Origin: an uncultured archaeon
GTDB lineage: Archaea; Asgardarchaeota; Lokiarchaeia; Sigyniarchaeales; SOKP01
DNA: 15,382 bases
Direction of reading: 5' to 3'
Assembly (NCBI GenBank): GCA_964583985.1
Contig: CAZOYD010000076.1
Location: 1 to 15,382 of the forward strand
The position numbers and the translations under genes are program-made. Positions 1-7,837 of this stretch are shown here, piece by piece. Position 1 is the first letter of the stretch, and each line of letters opens with the position of its first letter. Below the pieces are notes generated by a model, which was not told where the DNA came from, did not search any database, and worked only from the letters and a program-made list of their open reading frames with translations.

Positions 1-2
1 CA

Positions 3-1160
3 AATAGATTATATTATTATTCAAAAGAAGAAAACGATTTTAGAATGGAAGTTCGCGATTGGTGTGAAACACACGTCGCTCCAGATGCAGAACAGATAGA
101 TCGAAATAGGGATAAGAAGCTAGTGGTAAAGATTTTAAAGAAAATGCCATATCTTGATATGATTATTCCAAAAGAAGCGGGAGGTCAAGGTAAAGGGGTT
201 CTTTATCGCACGATTTTAGGGGAAGAACTAACTGCTTATAGTTATGCTTTAGCTGGGGTCTTTGGAGCTTCATCATGCCTTTTTGCGGGTCCTATTATCG
301 AATTTGGCACTTCTGAACAGAAGCAGAAATATCTTTCTGGAATTGGAGATGGGACTAAAATTGGAGCAATCGGGATCACAGAACCCACGGGTGGATCTGA
401 TGCAATAGGTGGCATGAGGTTGAAAGCGACTCGGGAAGGAAATCATTACATCTTAAATGGATACAAATGTTTCATTACCAATGGGAGTGTGGCTGATTAT
501 ATTTGCCTTTATGCAAAAACAAATGATCAAGTAAAAGCACATCAAGGAATAACAGCTTTCATTTTTGAAACAGATACTCCTGGATTCGAAGTAGTAAAGG
601 ATTACAAGCATATGGGACGCAGGGGGATGCCAAATTCTCTATTAAGTTTTAATAATTGTAAAGTTCCTATTGAAAACATTCTCCATAAAGAAAATGAAGG
701 TGTTGATGTATTATTATTTGGTCTTGATGGAGAACGTACATTTACAGCATCACAATATCTTGGGTTATCTAGAAGCGCTTTCGAAGTAGCATATAAATAT
801 GCTCATAAACGTGAACAATTTGGGAAAAATCTTTACTCTTTTGAAGCGAATTCATTCAAATTAGCTGATATGTACATGGAAACAGAATTAAATAGAATTG
901 CTGTTGCTCAGATTGCACGAATACTAGATGAAGGTCACTATTGCAGGGCTACTGTTGCGGCAGTTAAAGCACGATTAGCAGATGCTACTGTCAAAATTAC
1001 TCAAGATGCAATTCAAATTGTCGGAGGTCTAGGATATTCCGAAGAATATCCTCTTGAAAGATACTATAGAGATGCGAAAATAGGGCAAATCTCAGCAGGT
1101 ACTTCTGAAATAATGAGATATCTCATTACAAGAGAAATGATCAGGATGTGGGGTAAATAA
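3..1160 (+). CDS. Acyl-CoA dehydrogenase, isovaleryl-CoA/LCAD-type catalytic arrangement; 5'-partial (frame open to window edge)
   Basis: ACAD motifs ITEPTGGSD, LNGYKCFITNG, QFGK, QIVGGLGY, RYYRDAKIGQISAGTSEIM. The frame is open upstream of ATG45 (NRLYYYSKEENDFRMEVRDW), resembling the usual ACAD N-terminal helix, so the true start is probably before the window. GLDGER carries the helix-G Glu and ISAGT lacks the MCAD-type Glu. Confidence 0.93.
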   Translation, partial: NRLYYYSKEENDFRMEVRDWCETHVAPDAEQIDRNRDKKLVVKILKKMPYLDMIIPKEAGGQGKGVLYRTILGEELTAYSYALAGVFGASSCLFAGPIIEFGTSEQKQKYLSGIGDGTKIGAIGITEPTGGSDAIGGMRLKATREGNHYILNGYKCFITNGSVADYICLYAKTNDQVKAHQGITAFIFETDTPGFEVVKDYKHMGRRGMPNSLLSFNNCKVPIENILHKENEGVDVLLFGLDGERTFTASQYLGLSRSAFEVAYKYAHKREQFGKNLYSFEANSFKLADMYMETELNRIAVAQIARILDEGHYCRATVAAVKARLADATVKITQDAIQIVGGLGYSEEYPLERYYRDAKIGQISAGTSEIMRYLITREMIRMWGK

Positions 1161-1164
1161 TTGT

Positions 1165-1956
1165 ATGGAGAAAATGGTTGAAATAGAAATCAAAGGCAAT
1201 ATAGCAGTTATTAGACTTACAAATCCAGATAATTTTAATCCCTTGAATCTTGAAACTGGCAAGCAATTATTAGAAATTATTGAGAATATTCGAAAAAATA
1301 ATGATATTCTATGTTTAATTATTACAGGTTCAGGTAAGGCTTTTTCAGCGGGCGGGGATATAAAAAAATTTAAGGAAAGTGCTGAAAACGGAACGGCTGG
1401 AAAAGTCATGGATGATTTGACAAAAGTGCTATATAAAATCGCCATTGTTTTACGCCAGTATCCGAAACCAGTCATTGCTGCTGTAAATGGTTGGGCAGTT
1501 GGAGCTGGGATGAATCTAGCCCTATCTTGTGATTTCATCATTACATCAGAATTTGGTAAATTTAAGCAATCATTTTGTAAGCTTGCTTTAATTCCTGGTT
1601 TTGCGGGAACCATATTTTTAAGCCGTCAACTCACATGGCAACAAGCAGTGCAAATGTCTTTTTTTGGTGACACTTATTCTGCGGAAGAGATGAAAAGTCT
1701 TGGATTTGTAAATGAAATTGTTCCAGCTGATAAATTAGAAGAAGTTTCCATGGAATGGGCTCAAAAATTTGCCAAAGGTCCACCTTTAGCTTATGCACGT
1801 ACTAAAGAATTATTTTTTGACGCAATGAGCACTCCTTTTGAGGAACATCTCGAAATTGAGCGCCAAGTGCAAATTAAATCAGCGGAAAGTGAAGATTATA
1901 GGATTGGAGTGACAGCTCTAGTTGAAAAGAAAGAACCGAAATTTATAGGCAAGTGA
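1165..1956 (+). CDS. Enoyl-CoA hydratase/isomerase (crotonase) family protein, PaaG-like overall
   Basis: AFSAGGD oxyanion motif, KPVIAAVNGWAVGAG, LALSCD, C-terminal EKKEPKFIGK; 4 nt downstream of the ACAD stop. Confidence 0.92.
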   Translation: MEKMVEIEIKGNIAVIRLTNPDNFNPLNLETGKQLLEIIENIRKNNDILCLIITGSGKAFSAGGDIKKFKESAENGTAGKVMDDLTKVLYKIAIVLRQYPKPVIAAVNGWAVGAGMNLALSCDFIITSEFGKFKQSFCKLALIPGFAGTIFLSRQLTWQQAVQMSFFGDTYSAEEMKSLGFVNEIVPADKLEEVSMEWAQKFAKGPPLAYARTKELFFDAMSTPFEEHLEIERQVQIKSAESEDYRIGVTALVEKKEPKFIGK

Positions 1957-1961
1957 GGTGA
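1955..1961 (+). promoter_or_regulatory. Shine-Dalgarno GAGGTGA ahead of thiolase
   Basis: GAGGTG at 1955-1960 overlaps the crotonase stop and lies 7 nt before the ACG at 1968. Confidence 0.65.
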
Positions 1962-1967
1962 AAAAAG

Positions 1968-3182
1968 ACGTCTGAATTAAAGGAAGTTGTAATAGTCGAT
2001 TATTTAAGAAGTCCCTTCTCTAGAAGTAGACCTAATCAACCCGAAAGGGATGTATTCTATCAAATTTCCGCAGATCGATTGCTGTCATTTGTCTTAAAAC
2101 AATTAGGTGCTAGATCAAAATTTGATTCCTCAGAGATAGATGAATTAATCGTTGGATGTGCCAATCAAGTCAAAGAAAATTTTCTCTATGGCGGACGTCA
2201 ACCTCTTTTCTTAGCTGAACTTCCTGTAAATATTGCTGCAATGGGAGTTGATCGGCAATGTGGATCGTCAATGTCCAGCGTTCATATTGGAGCGATGGAA
2301 ATCATGACAGGTAATGCGGATATTGTTTTAGCAGCGGGAATGGAACACATGACACGCATACCAAGAGGAACTGATCTAACAATGAAACACTATGAGTTAA
2401 CTGATATTCATCAGTATCCTAATCATGCTAAATATGATTTAGAAACGGGATTTTCAATGTTACAAACCGCTCAAAAATTATGGGAACAAAATCAAGATAT
2501 AACAAGAATTGACATGGATCTTTTTAGTATTGAGTCGCATCAAAAAGCTGCAAAAGCTCGCAATGAGGGATTTTTTGATGGTGAAATCCTTCCTATTGAA
2601 GGAAATAAACCAGATGGAGTAAAATCGATTATTAAATACGATCAATCAATTAGAGAAGAATCAAATCTTGAAACAATGACAAAATTAAAACCCGTATCTA
2701 AAGGGATTAATGCAATCGCACAAATTACAGCGGGGAACAGTTCACCCCTTAATTCAGGAGCGGGATGTTGTGTATTAATGTCTCGAACAAAATCAGATGA
2801 ACTAGGCATTAAACCTTTAGCATCAATAAAAGCAATCTCATGGGCAGGAGTCAATCCGGGAATCATGGGATCAGGTCCGGTTCCGGCTAGTAAGAAAGCA
2901 CTGCAAAAAGCGAACTTGAACGTATCAGATATTGATTTTTGGGAGATAAACGAAGCCTTTGCCATAGTACCGCTATTTGCAATGAAAAAATTAGATATAA
3001 ATCCGCAACGAGTAAATATCAAGGGAGGGGCAATCGCTTTGGGCCATCCTTTAGGAGCTACGGGAGTTAGATTGGTTGGTACTCTTGCTAGAATCTTAAT
3101 TGAGAAAAAAGGAAGATATGGGCTCGCTACGGCCTGTATCGGTGGGGGTCAAGGAATCGCTACTATTTTGGAAAGTGAATAA
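1968..3182 (+). CDS. Acetyl-CoA C-acyltransferase (thiolase); N-terminus extended to ACG1968
   Basis: RQCGSS (catalytic Cys), INEAF, GHPLGATG, CIGGGQG. In-frame sequence upstream of the track's TTG2079 reads (T)SELKEVVIVDYLRSPFSRSRP, a typical thiolase first strand; an in-frame TGA at 1959-1961 bounds it. Confidence 0.93.
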   Translation, partial: TSELKEVVIVDYLRSPFSRSRPNQPERDVFYQISADRLLSFVLKQLGARSKFDSSEIDELIVGCANQVKENFLYGGRQPLFLAELPVNIAAMGVDRQCGSSMSSVHIGAMEIMTGNADIVLAAGMEHMTRIPRGTDLTMKHYELTDIHQYPNHAKYDLETGFSMLQTAQKLWEQNQDITRIDMDLFSIESHQKAAKARNEGFFDGEILPIEGNKPDGVKSIIKYDQSIREESNLETMTKLKPVSKGINAIAQITAGNSSPLNSGAGCCVLMSRTKSDELGIKPLASIKAISWAGVNPGIMGSGPVPASKKALQKANLNVSDIDFWEINEAFAIVPLFAMKKLDINPQRVNIKGGAIALGHPLGATGVRLVGTLARILIEKKGRYGLATACIGGGQGIATILESE

Positions 3183-3274
3183 AAAGAAAAGAATTAACAA
3201 ATATTAGAATTATTTTTAATAACTAAAAGCTCTTTATCTAAATAATAATTAATTATTAAAGATAAAAATAAAAA

Positions 3275-4726
3275 ATGCCATTAAAAACTCCAGATGAGTA
3301 CTTAGAAAGCATAAAACGCCCAGTTAATCTATACATGTTTGGCGAAAAAGTTGAAGAATTTTGGAATCATCCCATAGTTAAACCTTCGATAAATACTGTC
3401 ATGAAGATTTATGAATTAGCTCAAATAGATGAGTATAAAGATTTAATGACAACAAGATCTCACTTAACTGGAGAAATAATCAATCGATTTACCCATATCC
3501 ATCAATCGAATGAAGACTTGATTAATAAAGTCAAAATGCAACGATTATTAGGACAGAAAACTGCTTGCTGCTTCCAAAGATGCGTAGGTTTTGATACTGC
3601 TAATGCGTTATATAGCGTGACTTATGAAATTGATAAAAAATATGGGACAAATTACCATTCCAGATTTAAAAAGTATTGGATTGAAGTTCAAAATCAAGAT
3701 CTCATGGTTGATGGAGCGATGACAGATACGAAAGGTGATAGGAGTAAAAGACCGAAGGATCAACCAGATCCCGATGCTTTCTTACACATTATAGATTCAA
3801 ACGAGGATGGGATCATTGTTCGAGGTGCTAAAGTTCATCAAACGGGATTCTTGAACTCACATCGGGCTATTATCATGCCAACGCTTTCATTAAGACAAGG
3901 AGAAGAGGAGTATGCAGTAAGTTTTGGAATAGACACAAACGCAAGAGGAATCACAATGATTTATGGAAGGCAATCCTGTGATACCCGAAAAATGGAACCT
4001 GAAAAGTTGGATATTGGAAATTTTAAGTATGGCGGTCAAGAAATTTTTGTAGTGTTTGATGATGTGTTTGTACCCAAAGAGAATATTTTCATGAACGGTG
4101 AAATTGAATTTTCTGGAGAATTAGTTAACCGTTTTGCTGGATTTCACAGGCAATCTTATGGGGGATGTAAGGTTGGAGTAGGAGATGTGTTAATAGGAGC
4201 AACTGCATTAATTTCAGAATATAATGGAACCCAAAATGCATCACATGTGAAAGATAAAATTGTAGAGATGACCCATTTAAATGAAACTTTGTATAGTTGT
4301 GGAATAGCTTGCAGTTCATTAGGCTTCCAACGAGAGGCTGGTAATTATGAAATGGACATGTTGCTTGCAAATGTATGCAAGCAAAATGTGACTCGCTTTC
4401 CATATGAGATAGGGAGATTAGCTGAAGATATTGCGGGAGGAATGATTTGTACAATGCCTTCCCAAGCAGATCTTAAATCCAAAGAAGTAGGATCGTTCAT
4501 TGAAAAATATTTAACGACTTGTGAAGGAATGTGTACTGAGGATAGATACAAGGTCCTGCGATTTATTGAGAATCTAACAATGGGAGTTGCATCTGTTAGT
4601 TATAGGACAGAATCAATGCACGGGGCCGGAAGCCCGCAAGCACAGAGAATTATGATTTCAAGACAATCGAATTTAGAGGAAAAGAAAGATTTGGCCAAGA
4701 AAATCCTTGATATAACCTCAGAATAA
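3275..4726 (+). CDS. abfD: 4-hydroxybutyryl-CoA dehydratase / vinylacetyl-CoA delta-isomerase (FAD, [4Fe-4S])
   Basis: C99-x3-C103 (ACCFQRC) and H-x6-C (HRQSYGGCK) cluster ligands, GAMTDTKGDRS, HQTG, GGQE, TESMHGAGSPQAQ; 483 aa. Confidence 0.92.
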   Translation: MPLKTPDEYLESIKRPVNLYMFGEKVEEFWNHPIVKPSINTVMKIYELAQIDEYKDLMTTRSHLTGEIINRFTHIHQSNEDLINKVKMQRLLGQKTACCFQRCVGFDTANALYSVTYEIDKKYGTNYHSRFKKYWIEVQNQDLMVDGAMTDTKGDRSKRPKDQPDPDAFLHIIDSNEDGIIVRGAKVHQTGFLNSHRAIIMPTLSLRQGEEEYAVSFGIDTNARGITMIYGRQSCDTRKMEPEKLDIGNFKYGGQEIFVVFDDVFVPKENIFMNGEIEFSGELVNRFAGFHRQSYGGCKVGVGDVLIGATALISEYNGTQNASHVKDKIVEMTHLNETLYSCGIACSSLGFQREAGNYEMDMLLANVCKQNVTRFPYEIGRLAEDIAGGMICTMPSQADLKSKEVGSFIEKYLTTCEGMCTEDRYKVLRFIENLTMGVASVSYRTESMHGAGSPQAQRIMISRQSNLEEKKDLAKKILDITSE

Positions 4727-4813
4727 AAATCTTAATTGAAAAAATAATTTAATTCTCTACTCTAACTAGTTGATGTACACATCTTATCGTAAATATCGGT
4801 TTTTTAGATTATA

Positions 4814-5005
4814 TTAAGAGAAATTATGATATTTCTCATATAATTTCTTAAGATTTTTGAGATGTTGAGGAGCTTCAGAATGGATTCTCCAGATACACAA
4901 ATCACATTTATAATAAAGCAGATGTTGTTCAGAAATTTTTGATTTTATGCACGGTTTATTATTTCTCGCGAGATAGCAATAATCTTTTGGTGTTTTCTGG
5001 GTCAT
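4814..5005 (-). CDS. Small Cys/His-rich hypothetical protein (63 aa), possible metal-binding
   Basis: Using ATG5005 removes the overlap with the SDR (31-nt gap). MTQKTPKDYCYLARNNKPC...KCDLCIWRIH gives C-x8-C-x14-C-x2-C and fills an otherwise empty gap co-directional with the SDR. Confidence 0.55.
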   Translation of the reverse strand: MTQKTPKDYCYLARNNKPCIKSKISEQHLLYYKCDLCIWRIHSEAPQHLKNLKKLYEKYHNFS

Positions 5006-5036
5006 TTTTAATATACAAATTTGTATTGATTTATTT

Positions 5037-5966
5037 TTAAATGGTGGTTTTAGATATTCTTTCCATCGCTTCAATAGCTTTTTGAGTCGATTCGTTCAAT
5101 AAATTACAGTGCTCAGCGCCTTTTTTCCTCACGAATTTTTTATACAAATTTGGCCATAGACCTTTTATTAAGAAAAGAAATCGCGTTAATTTACGTTCGC
5201 TTATATATAGCTTTTTTTTTGCGATTTTTTTGAGATAAAGAAGTATTGCAGGTTCTAATTCATATCCTCCTTCGGTAAATTTATCCCAATAATATTTTTT
5301 TCCAATTTCATTACCTTTAGTCAATTGATCTTGACTGTATTTAGTCAACAAATCTGGAGAATAGCTCATATTCGCAGTCTCCATTAGATTAGTTTTAATA
5401 GGGAATGGACAAATAATCGAAACATCTAGTCCTCTATCTTTAAATTCTCCATACAGAGCTTCACAAAATCCAAAATTGGCAAATTTAGTGGTACTATATG
5501 GGATCAATCCACCCACTCCAAAAATTCCGGCAATGGAACTAGTTACAATTACATGCCCAAAACCTTGTTCTAACATCTTAGGAATAAACGCATGAACCAA
5601 ATTAATCATGCCCCACACGTTTATATTGAAAATGTTCTTCCACACGTCATTTGAAAAATCTTCAAAATGACCACCTGCTGCTATTCCTGCGTTACTAAAG
5701 AGAAAATGTATTCTTTGCATGCTTGAGAAGCTGGTATCGCGCAAGCTTTTAATATCCGATTTTTTGGAGACATCGCACTTCATTGAGACTACTTTTATTT
5801 GATAAGCTTCCAGTTCTTTTTTGACCTTTTCTAACCGCTCCAAATTAATATCAGAAATCACAAGGTTAGTTCCCATTTTGGCAAGTTCTAATGCAAAAGA
5901 ACGCCCAATTCCACTTGCAGCTCCAGTAATTACGGCAGTTTTATCTTTAAAATAATTTTGATTCAT
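5037..5966 (-). CDS. Short-chain dehydrogenase/reductase (classical SDR)
   Basis: TGAASGIG, ISDIN (acidic residue, suggests NAD), NAG, SSIAG, YSTTK catalytic motif. Confidence 0.92.
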   Translation of the reverse strand: MNQNYFKDKTAVITGAASGIGRSFALELAKMGTNLVISDINLERLEKVKKELEAYQIKVVSMKCDVSKKSDIKSLRDTSFSSMQRIHFLFSNAGIAAGGHFEDFSNDVWKNIFNINVWGMINLVHAFIPKMLEQGFGHVIVTSSIAGIFGVGGLIPYSTTKFANFGFCEALYGEFKDRGLDVSIICPFPIKTNLMETANMSYSPDLLTKYSQDQLTKGNEIGKKYYWDKFTEGGYELEPAILLYLKKIAKKKLYISERKLTRFLFLIKGLWPNLYKKFVRKKGAEHCNLLNESTQKAIEAMERISKTTI

Positions 5967-6012
5967 ATTAATACCAAATAATTGTGTAATATTGACTTTA
6001 ACTAAACTAACT

Positions 6013-7707
6013 TTACTTTTTTCCAGATTTCTTCGATATGCATGCTTTTATAAACGCACTATATAGTTTACTCGGCGCATATGGTCTTGATTTAAATTCG
6101 GGGTGAAATTGGGTTCCAACCATCCAATGGTCGGCTCTATTTAATTCGATACTATTTATTATCTTCCCTGATACATCTCTACTTGATACCAACATTCCTT
6201 TTTGCTTGGCTTCTTCTGTGATAAATCTTTCCTGAATGTGATACCTGTGCCTAAAGCGCTCTTTTATTAATTCTTGGTTATACGCGTTAAAGAGTTTAGT
6301 GTTTTTCTGTATAATAATTTCATGAGCTCCTAATCTCATGGTTCCCCCTTTCTCGGTCACGTTTTTTTGAGTTTCTAAAAGATCAACAACGGGATATGGC
6401 GTATCAGGATCTATTTCAGTAGAATTTGCGCCAGTTAATCCTAAGTATTTCCTGCAGAAAGCGATATAAAATAATTGAGCACCAAAACATATTCCTAAAA
6501 AGGGTATTTTTTTCTCCATTGCATATTCAGCAGATTTAATCATTCCTTCGACAGCTCTTTCTCCGAAGCCAGGAGTTAATAAAATTCCATCGCAATCTTT
6601 CAGCTCTTCTTCAATGTTTGTATTCTCAGAGATATTTATCATTTTTAACTCAGGTATATATCCTTGATGGGCTGCAGCATGCTCTAAAGCGTCATTAATC
6701 GAAATATATGAATCTGAAATGTTGAAATATTTACCCGGCATTCCGATTTTAAGTATTTTTTTAGCTGATTTATAAATGTCGACCATTTTTACCCATTCTG
6801 AGTAATTAGTGACCTCATTATAAGATACTAGTTTTGCCTTTAAATCAATCATCTCGCAAAGATAATCTCCTAATCCTTGTTCCTCAAATAGTAATGGTAA
6901 TTCATAGATTACCTTTAAATCAGGATTAGATATTACTGCTTTTTCAGGGATATTAGAATAGAGAGATATTTTCTTTTTAATATCATCTGCCAAGGGTTTT
7001 TCACTTCTACCAATAATGATATCAGGATTTAGTCCAAGGCTTTGAAGCATTTTTACTGAATGTTGTGTAGGCTTTGATTTTTGTTGTCCAACAGCATGAG
7101 AATATGGTACAAGAGTAACGTGAACCAAAGCAGTACGATGGGGATTTTCTATTTTAATTTGACGAAAAGCTTCTAAAAATATGCTTGATTCTAAATCACC
7201 CACTGTCCCTCCACATTCAATCAAAAGTACATCTAAATTTTCGCATCTAGATATTTCTATTAGTCTTTCTTTTATGATTGTCGTTACGTGTGGAATGAGC
7301 TGCACGGTTTTTCCAAGAAATTTTCCCATTCTTTCACCAAGAATCGTAGTGAGATAGATTTGACCAGATGTAATATTGTGGGACGGATGCATATCAATCC
7401 CAAGAAAACGAGAATATGTTCCAAAATCTTGATCTATTTCAGAGATCTTATATGTTCTTTCATCTGAATCTGGTACTGGTTTAAATTTCCATACATCTTC
7501 AGTAATGAAACATTCACCATGTTCGACAGGATTAAGAGTGCCAGGATCGACATTCAGATATGGATCAATCTTTACTACCGAAATTTTAAAACTTCTGAAC
7601 TGTAATACCTTTCCAATGCTAGCGGTCACAACGCCCTTACCAATTCCACTCATAACCCCTCCAGTGACGAATATGAAACGTGTTTCATTTTTCTTCTCAT
7701 CAGTCAT
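6013..7707 (-). CDS. pyrG: CTP synthase (divergent, with insertion)
   Basis: FVTGGVMSGIGKG, KIDPYLNVDPGT, GGTVGDLES, KPTQHSV, GICFG (catalytic Cys), GGTMRLG, ERFRHRY, QFHPEFKSRP. Confidence 0.96.
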   Translation of the reverse strand: MTDEKKNETRFIFVTGGVMSGIGKGVVTASIGKVLQFRSFKISVVKIDPYLNVDPGTLNPVEHGECFITEDVWKFKPVPDSDERTYKISEIDQDFGTYSRFLGIDMHPSHNITSGQIYLTTILGERMGKFLGKTVQLIPHVTTIIKERLIEISRCENLDVLLIECGGTVGDLESSIFLEAFRQIKIENPHRTALVHVTLVPYSHAVGQQKSKPTQHSVKMLQSLGLNPDIIIGRSEKPLADDIKKKISLYSNIPEKAVISNPDLKVIYELPLLFEEQGLGDYLCEMIDLKAKLVSYNEVTNYSEWVKMVDIYKSAKKILKIGMPGKYFNISDSYISINDALEHAAAHQGYIPELKMINISENTNIEEELKDCDGILLTPGFGERAVEGMIKSAEYAMEKKIPFLGICFGAQLFYIAFCRKYLGLTGANSTEIDPDTPYPVVDLLETQKNVTEKGGTMRLGAHEIIIQKNTKLFNAYNQELIKERFRHRYHIQERFITEEAKQKGMLVSSRDVSGKIINSIELNRADHWMVGTQFHPEFKSRPYAPSKLYSAFIKACISKKSGKK

Positions 7708-7837
7708 ATTTTAATCCCTATCTTTTCAGTATTACGAATTAAAAATATTAAATATAAATCAAATCTTATAAGAATTTCGAGTAATTTTTTTAAATTACAT
7801 AAAAAGCATTTCTAGTTCGTTTTTATATGTAATGGGA

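Noticed and set aside
1092-1613. 173-aa minus-strand ORF
   Set aside because: Antisense shadow of the crotonase; no motifs.
2642-4551. Minus-strand ORFs 2642-3022, 4125-4454 and 4345-4551
   Set aside because: Antisense shadows inside thiolase and abfD.
3275-4726. abfD as proof of autotrophic 3HP/4HB or DC/4HB carbon fixation, or as 4-hydroxyphenylacetate 3-hydroxylase
   Set aside because: No carboxylase or reductase genes of those cycles are in the window, and abfD alone is not diagnostic. The Fe-S ligands argue for the dehydratase rather than HpaB.
5006-5074. Longer 86-aa start for the small Cys-rich ORF
   Set aside because: Overlaps the SDR 3' end by 38 nt; ATG5005 is more parsimonious.
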